This document shows positions 1 to 15,026 of a DNA stretch of 64,000 bases, in pieces. The DNA is taken from NCBI GenBank assembly GCA_038318895.1, contig JBBQCS010000004.1, positions 8,728 to 72,727 on the forward strand, written 5' to 3'. The translations under genes were made by a program, and so were the position numbers. Origin of the DNA: Alphaproteobacteria bacterium. Its GTDB lineage: Bacteria > Pseudomonadota > Alphaproteobacteria > UBA11222. Position 1 is the first letter of the stretch. Every line of letters starts with the position of its first letter. Under the pieces are notes generated by a model that saw only the letters and a list, made by a program, of their open reading frames with translations, was not told where the DNA came from and did no database searches.

Positions 1-659
1 AGCTTTTTTAGCCGGGCAGATATAGGCTCCGGAAGAATATTGGCTAGCAAATCTTCCGAACGCCCCTTTTCGGCCAACAGATCATCTTCGGCGCGATGCA
101 CCGCCATTTTGTAGTAACCGATGATGGCACCTGAATAGAGCACCATCGCCGTGAAGGCAAATATCCGCGAGGCGACAAGGCTATGTTCCGGCGTACTACC
201 CAGCGGGCCATAGGCGTACATCAGATACTGGCCAACCAGCAACGCGACGCCAAGCGAAACAAAGCTTATCGCCAACTGCCTTTTTTCCTCACGCGCAAAA
301 AGCAAAAATGGGCTGGTGGCGAACGCTATCCCGTAAATACCGACCCCCGACTGGGGCCCCATTACCAGACAGATCGTGATGTAGTGCAGAGACGCGAGTA
401 ATACCAACAGGTAACGCGCAGCCGCGTGCCAGCCACGCGCCTGCATCCCCAGGCCTACAAAGTAGAGTACGCCAAATAGTAAGCTGATCAGTCCCGCGGT
501 GACATCACCCGCGGGGAAATGCACCCCGACGCCTGCGCCAAAGGCAATTCCGGCGAGGATGACGAATGTAATATTCGTCAATGCGCCGGTGCGAAATCTC
601 TGTTGGTCAATTTCACCCCGTACACCCAGCTCCAACAGCCATCTAAAGGCGTTCCACAC
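1..659 (-). CDS. Membrane-bound class III adenylate/guanylate cyclase, N-terminal part (runs off the window start)
   Basis: Manual translation from GTG at 659 (GGGAGAG RBS upstream): several TM helices, then EKGRSEDLLANILPEPISARLKK, the helical motif that precedes class III cyclase domains. Not in the ORF track. Confidence 0.8.
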   Translation of the reverse strand, partial: MWNAFRWLLELGVRGEIDQQRFRTGALTNITFVILAGIAFGAGVGVHFPAGDVTAGLISLLFGVLYFVGLGMQARGWHAAARYLLVLLASLHYITICLVMGPQSGVGIYGIAFATSPFLLFAREEKRQLAISFVSLGVALLVGQYLMYAYGPLGSTPEHSLVASRIFAFTAMVLYSGAIIGYYKMAVHRAEDDLLAEKGRSEDLLANILPEPISARLKK

Positions 660-697
660 TATTCTCTCCCCCCAGAAAATCAATGCCACCCGCAATA

Positions 698-4563
<3,866 letters not shown>

Positions 4564-4593
4564 TTATTCAATCTCTCTGGATGATATCTTGAA

Positions 4594-5445
4594 TCAGCTG
4601 ATCCCGCTAAAGGCTTTGCTGATCCATGATTTTTTGTTCTCTGCGGGGCGCACATGCTTGCCCGTAAGCAACGCATAGCTGTCCTGGTACCAGTCGCTGC
4701 CCGGATAATTATACCCCAATACTGCGGCGGCTGATTGCGCCTCATCAATAATACCCAACGCCACATAGCTTTCAGTTAAACGATGCAGCGCCTCTGGTAG
4801 ATGGGTGGTGGTCTGATAATATTCCACCACTGTGCGGAAACGATTGATGGCCGCAAGATATTCGCCCTGCTTAAGATAGTAACGGCCAATCTCCATCTCT
4901 TTTCCGGCAAGATGGTCATTTGTTAAATCAATTTTCAGGCGCGCGTCGCGGGCGTAATCGGTGGTGGGAAAGCGGCGCACGACTTCTGATAGCGACCTCA
5001 AAGCTTCGGCGGTAACTTTCTGATCACGCCCAACGTCAGAAATTTGCTCGTAATAGCAAATCGCTATCAGGTAATAGGCGTAAACGACGTCACGGTTACC
5101 AGGATGCAATGACATGAAACGCTGCGCGGCGAGGATCGCCTTGTCATATTCATTTATCTGATAATTTGAATAAGCCGCCATCAGCATGGAACGGCGCGCC
5201 CACACCGAATAGGGGTGCTGGCGCTCCACTTCATCAAACTGTTCCGCAGCCTGGAAGTAGCGTCCCTTTTGCAATTCTTTCAACGCAGTATTGTATATCT
5301 CTTCTACCGGACGTTCGAAATATTTGACATCTTTGGCGCCCATGCCGGCACAGCCAGTAACCGCAAGCGCCATACCCATAACCGCCACCAAGCCCAAAAT
5401 GCGGGCTTTTAGGCTGCTAAAAGCCACGTTCACTCTAATTTTCAT
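4594..5445 (-). CDS. bamD: Outer membrane protein assembly lipoprotein BamD
   Basis: Lipobox AVTGC, TPR repeats, HLAGKEMEIGRYY; lpxC-bamD-recN synteny. Confidence 0.95.
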   Translation of the reverse strand: MKIRVNVAFSSLKARILGLVAVMGMALAVTGCAGMGAKDVKYFERPVEEIYNTALKELQKGRYFQAAEQFDEVERQHPYSVWARRSMLMAAYSNYQINEYDKAILAAQRFMSLHPGNRDVVYAYYLIAICYYEQISDVGRDQKVTAEALRSLSEVVRRFPTTDYARDARLKIDLTNDHLAGKEMEIGRYYLKQGEYLAAINRFRTVVEYYQTTTHLPEALHRLTESYVALGIIDEAQSAAAVLGYNYPGSDWYQDSYALLTGKHVRPAENKKSWISKAFSGIS

Positions 5446-5564
5446 ATGCCCTGTCTCAGCAATAGCGTGTAATCCAGACTCTGTTTAGCGCATCTGACGC
5501 GCGAGCGCCAATAATGCGTAAGAGGCATTTTAGAAGAAAATGAATAAAGCCGGGAATACCAGAA

Positions 5565-6575
5565 TTATCCGCGCGCGGCGCGGCGGACTTTCGGCAGCGC
5601 GACTACCGGCGCCTGGCGCGGAGCGCCCATCGGCCCTTCGCAATATTCCCAGGCTTGCGGTTTATTGAACAAGGCCTGTAACAATTTGTTATTCAGCCCA
5701 TGACCCGCGCGTACGCCTTCAAAGCGGCCCATAATCGGCGCACCCGCCAGATAAAGATCGCCGATCGCATCCAATATTTTATGACGGACAAATTCATCGG
5801 GGAAACGCAATCCCCCATCATTCAGAATTTGGTCCCCGTCCAGCACGATCGCGTTTTGCAACGTGCCGCCACGCGCGAGGCCCAGGGACTTCAGATGTTC
5901 GACCTCATGCAAAAAGCCGAAAGTCCGCGAAGACGCGATTTCACTTTTGAAACTGCCGGGAGCCGCCTCGAAAGAATAGGACTGGCGGCCGATAACCGTA
6001 CCAGGAAAATCGATTTCAAAATCCAGTGCGCAGCCATCATACACAGACAGGCTCGCCTGTTTGCCATCTTCTTCCACGCGGACGGTTTCAAGAATACGGA
6101 TATACCGGCGGCGCTCCGAAAGCCGCACAATCCCTGCGCATTCGAGCAGCATGACAAAGGGCGCTGCGCTGCCATCAAGCACAGGCAATTCCGGGCCGTC
6201 CAGGTCAACCAGCGCATTATCTATGCCGCAACCGGAAAACGCCGACATCAAATGTTCAACGGTCGCGACAGAAACGCCCGCTGCGTTACTCAAAGTGCTG
6301 CCGAGCTGGGTGCTGCTTATATTATCGTAACGCGCCTGCACACATATATCCTGTGCGCTAAGCCCGTCCGTTTCGCGTAAATCGACGCGGCGAAATACGA
6401 TGCCGCTACCCGCCTCGGCTGGATAAACTGTGAAACGGACCTGCTGCCCCGAATGCAGGCCAACGCCCGCACATCCTATGCGGTTACGCAAAGTAGTTTG
6501 AAACACCTCCGCCCCGCTAGGCCTCTGGCTACGCAAGACCGGAAAATCTAATGCGCCACGCCGTCCGTCACTCAC
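5565..6575 (-). CDS. lpxC: UDP-3-O-acyl-N-acetylglucosamine deacetylase
   Basis: GVGLHSG, TVEHLMSA, RTFGF, RHKILDAIGDL. Confidence 0.97.
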   Translation of the reverse strand: MSDGRRGALDFPVLRSQRPSGAEVFQTTLRNRIGCAGVGLHSGQQVRFTVYPAEAGSGIVFRRVDLRETDGLSAQDICVQARYDNISSTQLGSTLSNAAGVSVATVEHLMSAFSGCGIDNALVDLDGPELPVLDGSAAPFVMLLECAGIVRLSERRRYIRILETVRVEEDGKQASLSVYDGCALDFEIDFPGTVIGRQSYSFEAAPGSFKSEIASSRTFGFLHEVEHLKSLGLARGGTLQNAIVLDGDQILNDGGLRFPDEFVRHKILDAIGDLYLAGAPIMGRFEGVRAGHGLNNKLLQALFNKPQAWEYCEGPMGAPRQAPVVALPKVRRAARG

Positions 6576-6763
6576 TCTGTGCTCCAGTTCAACTTACCTA
6601 TGCGCAACAAATATGCGCAAGCCCTCTATACTTAGATCCGATAGATACCAAAAAACGAATCAACAGCAGGGAATGTATTGCATAGGTACCAATCACCTCT
6701 TAAGACGACAAATCACTCTTTATTACTCTTTGTTACAGAAATAATAAGCACACAATCCACACG

Positions 6764-6800
6764 TTACAGTCATTCCGGACAGTATCCGGGATGACCGTAA
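6764..6800 (-). terminator. Stem-loop downstream of ftsZ (terminator or REP-like palindrome)
   Basis: ttacagtcattccgga / tccgggatgaccgtaa, a 16-bp imperfect inverted repeat 12 bp after the ftsZ stop. Confidence 0.6.
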
Positions 6801-6812
6801 TTACCGGGCAGT

Positions 6813-8369
6813 TTAGTTTGCGGTCCGGCGTAAAAAGGCCGGGATATCCAACTCGCTTGTATTAGCCGCGGTCACACCTGGTTTCCCGGCGGGTTCACTA
6901 CGCGAGCCCCCCTTATCCTGAACGGATGTATTTGATCGCACCGCGGCACCCTGACTTGGACCACGCGCGGCTGCCGTGTCCCCACGAGCGGCCGCTTTGC
7001 GGCCAAATAATCCCATCCGGACCAGCAGACTTGGGGGCTGGCGGCCTGCCGCTTCCTTGCGTTGCGGCGCGGGTGTATCGCGGGTCGCGACTATTGGAGG
7101 CCGTGCCGCCGGCTGGGCGGCGCGTGGACTAATAAAGGCGTCGGCAGCCATAATTTTGCCAAGGGAGTCAACCGGATCGGAGGCCCCAACGGACAACGGA
7201 ATCGGGTCCATATCCTCCAAACCCTCATCGATAATCAAAATGGGCTCGGCCTGCATCGGCGTTACACTGACTTGCTCAGGCGCCGCCTGTGATGCGGCAA
7301 TGTCAAGACTTGGCAACGCCGGCTGTTCCGACGGGGCCACAACAGCCGGACCAACTTGCTTCACTTTTTCCAACACCTCTGGCGCCGGCTGATTTTGCGC
7401 TTTGTCACTGCGCACTCCTGTCGCCACAACAGAGACCCGCATCTTACCTTCCAGCGTCGGGTCGAATGTCGATCCCACGATGATATTGGCGTCGGGATCT
7501 ACTTCTGCGCGGACCCGGTTTGCCGCTTCGTCAACCTCATAAAGCGTCAGATCGGAGCCGCCGATAATGTTGATCAGCACACCTTTCGCACCCGTCATCG
7601 ACACATCTTCAAGCAGCGGATTGGAAATCGCCGCTTCGGCCGCATCGTTCGCACGGGTTTCGCCAGACGCTTCGCCTGTGCCCATCATCGCCGTACCCGC
7701 CCCGCCCATGACGGCGCGCACATCCGCAAAATCCAGATTGATCAAGCCTGGCGCCACCATCAGATCGGTGATACCGCCCACGCCGGAAAACAGAACCTGA
7801 TCAGCCATGGCAAACGCCTCGGCAAACGTCGTTTTGGCGTTCGCCACCCGGAACAGATTCTGATTTGGGATGACCAGCAGAGTATCAACATACTTCTCCA
7901 GTTCCGCCAATCCCTGTTCAGCAATACGCATACGCCGTGTGCCTTCGAACTGAAATGGCTTGGTGACCACGGCCACCGTCAGGATGCCCATTTCGCGTGC
8001 AGCCTTTGCGATAACCGGCGCGGCGCCAGTACCCGTTCCACCGCCCATGCCCGCAGTAACGAACACCATGTGCGCGCCAGACAGGTGATCGCATATTTCC
8101 TGCATGGCTTCTTCGGCCGCGGTGCACCCAACCTCGGGGTGCGACCCCGCACCCAGCCCCTGTGTGGCGCTTTCACCCATCTGGATGCGCCGTTGCGCCT
8201 TGGATTGCGACAAGGCCTGCGCGTCGGTGTTGGCCACCACGAACTCGACGCCCTCCAGCCCGCTCTCGATCATATTGTTGACCGCATTGCCGCCTGCGCC
8301 ACCGACGCCGAAAACCGTAATGCGTGGCTTTAATTCATACATCTCTGGAACACTGAGATTTATCGTCAT
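6813..8369 (-). CDS. ftsZ: Cell division protein FtsZ
   Basis: GGGTGTG tubulin signature, long Pro/Ala linker, C-terminal LDIPAFLRR. Confidence 0.99.
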   Translation of the reverse strand: MTINLSVPEMYELKPRITVFGVGGAGGNAVNNMIESGLEGVEFVVANTDAQALSQSKAQRRIQMGESATQGLGAGSHPEVGCTAAEEAMQEICDHLSGAHMVFVTAGMGGGTGTGAAPVIAKAAREMGILTVAVVTKPFQFEGTRRMRIAEQGLAELEKYVDTLLVIPNQNLFRVANAKTTFAEAFAMADQVLFSGVGGITDLMVAPGLINLDFADVRAVMGGAGTAMMGTGEASGETRANDAAEAAISNPLLEDVSMTGAKGVLINIIGGSDLTLYEVDEAANRVRAEVDPDANIIVGSTFDPTLEGKMRVSVVATGVRSDKAQNQPAPEVLEKVKQVGPAVVAPSEQPALPSLDIAASQAAPEQVSVTPMQAEPILIIDEGLEDMDPIPLSVGASDPVDSLGKIMAADAFISPRAAQPAARPPIVATRDTPAPQRKEAAGRQPPSLLVRMGLFGRKAAARGDTAAARGPSQGAAVRSNTSVQDKGGSRSEPAGKPGVTAANTSELDIPAFLRRTAN

Positions 8370-8429
8370 GTTTTGCTCTCCTACGGCTTACGCTAGATTT
8401 CACCGGCAGGCCCGTACCTGCGGTACACG

Positions 8430-9692
8430 TTAAAAATTCTCCCGCAACCATTGTCCGATCCGGGCGACCCGCCCGGCCGGAATTGCAGGTCCTGCGACTC
8501 CCATTGCGTCACCGGTTTCCAGCGGACCGCTCATCGCGAACCCGATCAAACCGGCAACCGTGGAATATTCCGGCCCTTGTGAAGCGTCCGGCAGGCCACG
8601 CAGCCGGATAGGCCGTCCCAGCCTTGTCTGGCTGTTAAGTATTTCCGCTGCCAACTCGCGCACGCCGGCGAGTTGGCTCGCTCCGCCCGTCAGTACGACG
8701 CGGCGTCCAGCAATCTCCTGCAACCCGCTTGCCGCCAGACGTTCGCGCACCAGCTCAAAGGTTTCTTCCAGCCGCGGCTGAATTATTCCGTTCAGAATTG
8801 AGCGCGGCACATGATTGGCTGTCTCGCGGTCTTCCTCGCCAAGACGCGGCACGTCGATCATATCGCGTTCATCAGATGGACTGACTGTTGCGCTGCCATA
8901 GAGCGCCTTTACGCGCTCTGCGGTCGCATGACTCGTGGACAGGCCGAGCGCTATATCATTGGTAACATGAATACCGCCGGTCGGCACGATATCGAGATGC
9001 ATCATATTACCGCCTGCAAAAACCGATAGTGTGGTGAGCCCGCCCCCCATATCGATGCAGGTGACACCTAATTCGGTCTCGTCCTCAACCAGACAGGCAA
9101 GGCCGCTGGCATAAGGCGACGCAACAAGGACGGCTACTTCCAGATGGCAACGCTCAATACATAGGGCCAGATTGCGAATGGGTCCCGGCGCCGCAGTTAC
9201 GAAATGCAAATTCGTCCCCAACCGGTCGCCAAACATGCCGCGCGGGTCAGAGATGCCCTTGTGACCGTCCAGCGAGTAGCCAATGGGGATTGCGTGAATC
9301 AGCTCACCTTCCAGATCATTGACCCGGGCCTGGCCCTGCCGGAGAACTTTTTTTACGTCCTGCTCGCGCACTTCGGGGGTCGGCACTGCAATTTCAGCGC
9401 TGATCATATGGCTGGCGGGCTGGCCACAGCTAAGGTTGACAATCACTTTGCGCACCGTTTCACGCGCCATGCGTTCAGCCATTTCAACGGCGGCGCTGAT
9501 GGAACGCTCCGCATCCGCCATGTTGACGATAGCCCCGGCCTTGACGCCGCGGCTCTCATGGTGCCCCACCCCCAGGATACGCGGACGCGGCGCATGAACA
9601 GAGCGGTCGGATTCAACGCGCGCGATAAAACAACTTACCTGCGACGTACCGATATCCAGTCCTGCGATAATCCCGTTGCGTGCCGGCTGCAT
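8430..9692 (-). CDS. ftsA: Cell division protein FtsA
   Basis: GLDIGTS, IDMGGG, LTGGASQL actin-fold motifs; likely ATG at 9692. Confidence 0.97.
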   Translation of the reverse strand: MQPARNGIIAGLDIGTSQVSCFIARVESDRSVHAPRPRILGVGHHESRGVKAGAIVNMADAERSISAAVEMAERMARETVRKVIVNLSCGQPASHMISAEIAVPTPEVREQDVKKVLRQGQARVNDLEGELIHAIPIGYSLDGHKGISDPRGMFGDRLGTNLHFVTAAPGPIRNLALCIERCHLEVAVLVASPYASGLACLVEDETELGVTCIDMGGGLTTLSVFAGGNMMHLDIVPTGGIHVTNDIALGLSTSHATAERVKALYGSATVSPSDERDMIDVPRLGEEDRETANHVPRSILNGIIQPRLEETFELVRERLAASGLQEIAGRRVVLTGGASQLAGVRELAAEILNSQTRLGRPIRLRGLPDASQGPEYSTVAGLIGFAMSGPLETGDAMGVAGPAIPAGRVARIGQWLRENF

Positions 9693-9693
9693 G

Positions 9694-10575
9694 TTATGCG
9701 TTACCCCAGTATAATATGAATGTATGCAGGGCGGCTTCACGCTCCGGTTCCTTCGCGCGGCGTACAGCTTCCTGGGTCAACCGCACCACCACCCGGTTAG
9801 CCAGCCGTAGATCTACAAGTTCGATATCCCGGCCAAGCAGGCCATTATTTTGTTCGTACTGCGCAAGCTTGTGCCACGCTGCAAGCGGGTCCTGTTCGGG
9901 CAGGCGCACATCGATACCGTCCTTAAAGCGCATATTCCATCGCCGCTCGCCCACACGAATCGCCGCGGCCACCCTGCGCTTCAGCTGCGGCTCCGATGCA
10001 AGCACGGCTATCAATTCTCCCGCAGCTTTGGGTGCGCCCTTGCCAACGATCAGCGGTAGATCAGGGTATTCAACAACGTCTTTCTCCGTAATTTCCACCC
10101 CTTCGCGATCCACCAGAACCATCTTCCCGTTGCGTTGCCAGATCGCAATCGGGCGCCGCTCAATCAACTCAATATGAATGGCGTCTGGCAGGTTACGCGT
10201 AATGCGCACTTCCTGTACCCAGGGCAGACTGGCGATACGGTCATGCACATCATTCAGGTCAACGTTCAGGATCGAATCATTCTTAGCAATATTCAGTGCA
10301 CCGAGCAATTCCTTAGGTTCCGTCTGGACCCGCCCGGCAACGGTTATTGAGCGAACCCTAAACCCCGCATCGTGCAAAACCTGACGCATCGCCATTGCGG
10401 CCTGTTCGCCAACGGTCTGGACCCATCCGGAATAGAAGGCCGTAAAACCCGCCGCACCGGATATGACCAGAAGAATGGCGGTCAAACCTGCATAGCGCCG
10501 CCAGTTGCGGTGTTGCAGTTGCGGACGCCGCGATCCGCGGCTCTTTTGTTTTTTCTTTAGTTTCAGCGCGCGCAT
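9694..10575 (-). CDS. ftsQ: Cell division protein FtsQ
   Basis: Basic N-terminus, single TM, POTRA (LPWV...LPD), VDLRL; position ddl-ftsQ-ftsA. Confidence 0.93.
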   Translation of the reverse strand: MRALKLKKKQKSRGSRRPQLQHRNWRRYAGLTAILLVISGAAGFTAFYSGWVQTVGEQAAMAMRQVLHDAGFRVRSITVAGRVQTEPKELLGALNIAKNDSILNVDLNDVHDRIASLPWVQEVRITRNLPDAIHIELIERRPIAIWQRNGKMVLVDREGVEITEKDVVEYPDLPLIVGKGAPKAAGELIAVLASEPQLKRRVAAAIRVGERRWNMRFKDGIDVRLPEQDPLAAWHKLAQYEQNNGLLGRDIELVDLRLANRVVVRLTQEAVRRAKEPEREAALHTFILYWGNA

Positions 10576-11489
10576 GAGGCGTCCTCCACCAGCCAGCGGC
10601 ACAAATCGCCAAATGAAATGCCAAGATACGCGGCTTGTTCCGGCACCAAGGATGTCGGCGTCATACCTGGCTGGGTGTTTATTTCCAGCAGATAAAGTCC
10701 ATCACGTCCCGCAACGCTACTATCATAACGGAAATCCGCGCGGCTTACGCCACGACAGCCAAGCAATTGATGCGCCGCCAGCGCTACATCCATCGCATGC
10801 TGGTAAACCTGCGCGTCCACATCCGCCGGGATCACATGCCGCGAACCGCCGGCAGCGTATTTCGCCTCGTAATCATAGAATTGGGTTTCGGGCACAATCT
10901 CCGTTACCGCCAGCGCGCGGTCCCCCATCACGACAACCGTCAGTTCATGACCGGGAATATAGCGCTCCACCAGCACCGCATCGCCGAACGCCCAATTATC
11001 CGCGGCTATCTGCTGCGGCGGCGCATTATCGCCCTGGCGGACGATAAACACCCCGACGCTGGAACCTTCGGTAACCGGCTTCACCACATAAGGCGGGGAC
11101 ATGGGGTGTTTGACCCCTAGCGCATGGCGATCCATTACCATGCCTTCCGGGCTGGCGATCCCCGCATCGTGAAACAACCGCTTGGCCATCGGCTTATCCA
11201 TTGCCGCCGCCGACGCCCGTACCCCGGAATGGGTATAGGGTATGCGCAACAGCTCGAGCATCCCCTGCACGCAGCCATCTTCGCCCCAGCGGCCGTGCAG
11301 CGCATTAAAAACCACATCGGGTTTTAACTCCGCCAGAACGGTCGCAACCGTATCATCCACATCCACTTCGCTGACCCGGTATCCTTGCGCGCGCAATGCT
11401 TCGGCGCACTTGGCCCCGGACACAAGACTGACTTCGCGTTCAGCGGACCAGCCGCCTTTCAGCACCACGACATGGCGGGCGGCATTCAT
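10563..11489 (-). CDS. ddl: D-alanine--D-alanine ligase
   Basis: GGWSAEREVS, LHGRWGEDG, EINTQPGMT; ATGA overlap with murB stop. Confidence 0.97.
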   Translation of the reverse strand: MNAARHVVVLKGGWSAEREVSLVSGAKCAEALRAQGYRVSEVDVDDTVATVLAELKPDVVFNALHGRWGEDGCVQGMLELLRIPYTHSGVRASAAAMDKPMAKRLFHDAGIASPEGMVMDRHALGVKHPMSPPYVVKPVTEGSSVGVFIVRQGDNAPPQQIAADNWAFGDAVLVERYIPGHELTVVVMGDRALAVTEIVPETQFYDYEAKYAAGGSRHVIPADVDAQVYQHAMDVALAAHQLLGCRGVSRADFRYDSSVAGRDGLYLLEINTQPGMTPTSLVPEQAAYLGISFGDLCRWLVEDASCAR

Positions 11490-12430
11490 GTACCCCCTCC
11501 CGGAGTCCCGATGCGTTGAATTTCCCAATTCAGCACCACGCCACAGACTTCCAGCACGCGGGCACGAACCTGCTCACCCAGCTGTTCCAGATCGGCCGCC
11601 GTCGCATCTCCGTCATTGATCAGAAAATTGCAGTGCTTCTCCGACACCATGGCGCCGCCCAGGCGCAAGCCCCGGCATCCCGCCGCATCTATCAGTTCCC
11701 AGGCCTTACGCCCAGTTGCTTTCGAATCGACCGGATTGGCAAACGTGCTGCCGCCGGTGCGTGCACCAACGGGCTGGTTTGCACTGCGCTCGGCGGCAAT
11801 TTCGGCCATGCGCGCGGAAATCGTATTTCGGTCGCCGGGCCTCCCGCGCACACTGATCCGTGTCAGGATCACGTCCGCCGGAAAAGCGCTGCTGCGATAA
11901 CCAAAGCCAGCTTGAGCACGCGTAAATTCCCGCGCGCGCCCTTGCCGGTCCACGCCTTGCGCACTGACAAATATATCCTTGAGCTCGCCGCCGAACGCAC
12001 CCGCATTCATGCGCGCGGCGCCGCCCATCGCACCGGGAATACCGCGCAGAAACTCCAACCCCGTCAGAGCCGCATCACGTGCCGCAGACGCCAGCTTGAC
12101 ATCCATCACCGCGGCGCCCGCATCAATAAGCCCGTCGCCATCAATCTGAATGTCGCTAAAACCCGCACCCAGTTGCACCACAACACCCCGGATACCACCG
12201 TCGCGGATCAGTAAATTCGAACCCGCGCCAATCACACTAACCGCGATATCATCAGGCAACCCGGCCAAAAAAGCCGCAAGATCCTGCGCGTCTGCGGGCT
12301 CAAATAAAATATCCGCCCGGCCGCCAACCCGGAACCATACCAGTTGCGCCAGATTAAAGTCCGCCCGCACCCGCCCGCGCACGGATGGCAGACGGTCCAG
12401 CAATGACGGAATGGCGCGCCGGGCCATCAT
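11486..12430 (-). CDS. murB: UDP-N-acetylmuramate dehydrogenase
   Basis: [27 protein letters not shown]. Confidence 0.97.
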   Translation of the reverse strand: MMARRAIPSLLDRLPSVRGRVRADFNLAQLVWFRVGGRADILFEPADAQDLAAFLAGLPDDIAVSVIGAGSNLLIRDGGIRGVVVQLGAGFSDIQIDGDGLIDAGAAVMDVKLASAARDAALTGLEFLRGIPGAMGGAARMNAGAFGGELKDIFVSAQGVDRQGRAREFTRAQAGFGYRSSAFPADVILTRISVRGRPGDRNTISARMAEIAAERSANQPVGARTGGSTFANPVDSKATGRKAWELIDAAGCRGLRLGGAMVSEKHCNFLINDGDATAADLEQLGEQVRARVLEVCGVVLNWEIQRIGTPGGGT

Positions 12431-13854
12431 GCCGCGCCTGCCATTCGCGCGCGGCTGGCCATTTCTTCCGGCAAGGCGTTCGCCCATTGCGTTATGTTCC
12501 CCGCCCCCAGACAAACCACCAGATCGCCTGCCTCCGCCTCGGCCAAAACCAAAGCGCAGAGTTGCTCCTGCCCATCCAGGGCTATTACCCTGCGATGCCC
12601 GTGGGCGCGCAAGCCCTCGATCAGCCCGTCGCGGTCAGCGCCAGGGATCGGCTGCTCTCCTGCCGCATAGACAGGCGCTATGATAACAATATCCGCGTCA
12701 TTAAAGCAGGTGCAGAAATCCGCAAATAAATTGGCCAACCTGGAATATCGGTGCGGCTGCACGACGGCGATGACCCTGCCCGCGCAGCTTTCACGGGCCG
12801 CACGCAGCACTGCGGCGATTTCCACCGGATGGTGGCCATAATCATCAACAACGCCAATACCGCCCCATTCGCCCGTGCGGGTAAAGCGGCGCTTGACGCC
12901 GGCAAATGCCGCCAGCGCGCGGCGCTGTATCTTGCGGTCGATTTTCAATTCCCGCGCCACGGCAATTGCCGCCAGACTGTTGCGCACATTATGAATGCCC
13001 GGCATCGGCAGTTTCATGCCTTCCATACGGCTGGTTTTGCCGGTGATCCGGTCGAAGAACTGCACATCAAAAGTCCAGATGTCGCCATCGGCCTGAATAT
13101 TTACTGCGCGCACTTCGGCCTGCGGCGACGTGCCGTAGCTGACACAGCGCCGGTCCCGTACCCGCCCCACCAGGGCCTGCACTTCAGGATGATCAATGCA
13201 CACCACGGCGCAACCATAGAATGGCACATTCTCGACAAAGGTATCAAAGGCGCGGCGCAGTGCGTCAAAATCCTGATAAAAGTCGAGATGTTCTGGATCA
13301 ATATTGGTCACTACTGCAATCGTCGGCGGCAGCTTGGTAAAGGTGCCGTCGGATTCATCCGCTTCGACCACCATCCAGTCGCCATCACCCAGCCGCGCAT
13401 TGGCGCCATATGCATTGATAATGCCACCATTTATCACGGTGGGATCGAAGCGCGCCGCATCCAGCAGGCATGCCACCATCGATGTGGTCGTGGTTTTGCC
13501 GTGGGTGCCGGCAACCGCAACACACCATTTCAGGCGCATGAGTTCGGCCAGCATTTCGGCACGCCGCACCACCGGCAACGCGCGCTCCCGCGCGGCAATC
13601 AGTTCAGGATTATCGGCCTTGATCGCACTTGATACGACCACCACCCGCGCTTTGCCAAGATTTTCCGCCGACTGCCCGATCGCCACTGGAATGCCAAGTC
13701 CACGCAGACGCGTAACATTGGCACCATCGGAACGATCAGAGCCCTGCACCTGATAGCCAAGATTGCACATCACTTCGGCAATGCCGCTCATGCCGATGCC
13801 GCCGATACCCACGAAATGAATCCAGCCAATATCAAGAGGAAGCCGCGTCATCAT
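12427..13854 (-). CDS. murC: UDP-N-acetylmuramate--L-alanine ligase
   Basis: [33 protein letters not shown]. Confidence 0.98.
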   Translation of the reverse strand: MMTRLPLDIGWIHFVGIGGIGMSGIAEVMCNLGYQVQGSDRSDGANVTRLRGLGIPVAIGQSAENLGKARVVVVSSAIKADNPELIAARERALPVVRRAEMLAELMRLKWCVAVAGTHGKTTTTSMVACLLDAARFDPTVINGGIINAYGANARLGDGDWMVVEADESDGTFTKLPPTIAVVTNIDPEHLDFYQDFDALRRAFDTFVENVPFYGCAVVCIDHPEVQALVGRVRDRRCVSYGTSPQAEVRAVNIQADGDIWTFDVQFFDRITGKTSRMEGMKLPMPGIHNVRNSLAAIAVARELKIDRKIQRRALAAFAGVKRRFTRTGEWGGIGVVDDYGHHPVEIAAVLRAARESCAGRVIAVVQPHRYSRLANLFADFCTCFNDADIVIIAPVYAAGEQPIPGADRDGLIEGLRAHGHRRVIALDGQEQLCALVLAEAEAGDLVVCLGAGNITQWANALPEEMASRARMAGAA

Positions 13855-15026
13855 GCTGCAACCCTCCTGAAAAACGGGATTACCTTGCCGCCACCGCCAC
13901 CGCCCTTTTTGGGCAGCCCGGCTTTGCGCGGCGCCAGGCGCTCAACCATATCCGCCAGCGCCTTGACGGCGTCCGGCCGGCCAAGGCCGTGGGCCGCGCC
14001 GGCTGCAACAGCAAGTTGTTGCGGATTACGCAACAAATTCTGCAAGCGCTTGGCGAGAACTGCGGCTGTCATTTCCGCTTCCGGCATAACCCATGCCGCA
14101 CCGGCATCCGCCAGGGCCTGCGCATTGGCAAGCTGCTGCTGATCCGCGTGATGCGGATACGGAACCAAAATTGATGGCACACCCGCCGCTGTCAACTCGC
14201 TCACGGTTGTCGCTCCCGATCGCGCGATAACCAGATGCGCCCGGGTAAGCTGTGCGGGCATGTCGCGGATGAATTCCGTCAGTTCCACCTGCACGCCGGT
14301 TCGCGCATAAGCCTTGCGGGCCTGCTCCAGATCGGCGCCACGGCATTGCTGCACGATGCGTAACCGGGTACTGACGCCGGGTGGCAGCATGGCGATGGCC
14401 GCAGGCACAGTCTCACTTAATATACGCGCGCCCTGACTGCCGCCGAATATCAGCAGGTTAAACGGCGCATCCAGCGTGGGCGCGTCATAAAGGCATCCAT
14501 AACTCGCGGCAATATCGGCGCGCACCGGATTTCCGGTAACAGACACCTTGACCTGATCGATCGCACGCAACCCGCGCATGCCTTCAACGGAGGCGGCAAT
14601 GCCACTGACCCGGTGTGCAATCAGACGATTGACCTTGCCGAGCACGGCATTTTGTTCGTGCAGCGCCGTCGGAACCCCCAGCCATATCGCCGCCGCCATC
14701 GCCGGTAACGCCGGATAACCCCCAAAGCCTATAACAAGCGCCGGAGGGTTCTGACGCAACAGACGAAGCGCCTCGAATGTGCCAATAACAATCGACGCCG
14801 CCGCGCGCAATTTCGCCAGCGCGTTGCCCGCAGGATTTCTCGCTTTAATCACATGCACGTTGATGCGCCCAAACGATGATGCGAACGCCGCGCCGCGCGC
14901 ATCGGTAATCAACGCCACAGAACGTCCGCGCGCGCGCAGCTCCTGCGCCAGTGCTTCGGCGGGAAACATGTGCCCGCCGGTGCCGCCGGCAGACAAGACG
15001 ATGGGCACGTCGTTTTGCTCTGTCAT
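13851..15026 (-). CDS. murG: Lipid II GlcNAc transferase MurG
   Basis: AGGTGGH, HEQNA, GNPVR, GGSQGA. Confidence 0.97.
   Translation of the reverse strand: MTEQNDVPIVLSAGGTGGHMFPAEALAQELRARGRSVALITDARGAAFASSFGRINVHVIKARNPAGNALAKLRAAASIVIGTFEALRLLRQNPPALVIGFGGYPALPAMAAAIWLGVPTALHEQNAVLGKVNRLIAHRVSGIAASVEGMRGLRAIDQVKVSVTGNPVRADIAASYGCLYDAPTLDAPFNLLIFGGSQGARILSETVPAAIAMLPPGVSTRLRIVQQCRGADLEQARKAYARTGVQVELTEFIRDMPAQLTRAHLVIARSGATTVSELTAAGVPSILVPYPHHADQQQLANAQALADAGAAWVMPEAEMTAAVLAKRLQNLLRNPQQLAVAAGAAHGLGRPDAVKALADMVERLAPRKAGLPKKGGGGGGKVIPFFRRVAA

Noticed and set aside
6764-6800. REP/MITE family repeat
   Set aside because: Only one copy seen in the window; treated as a terminator-like hairpin.
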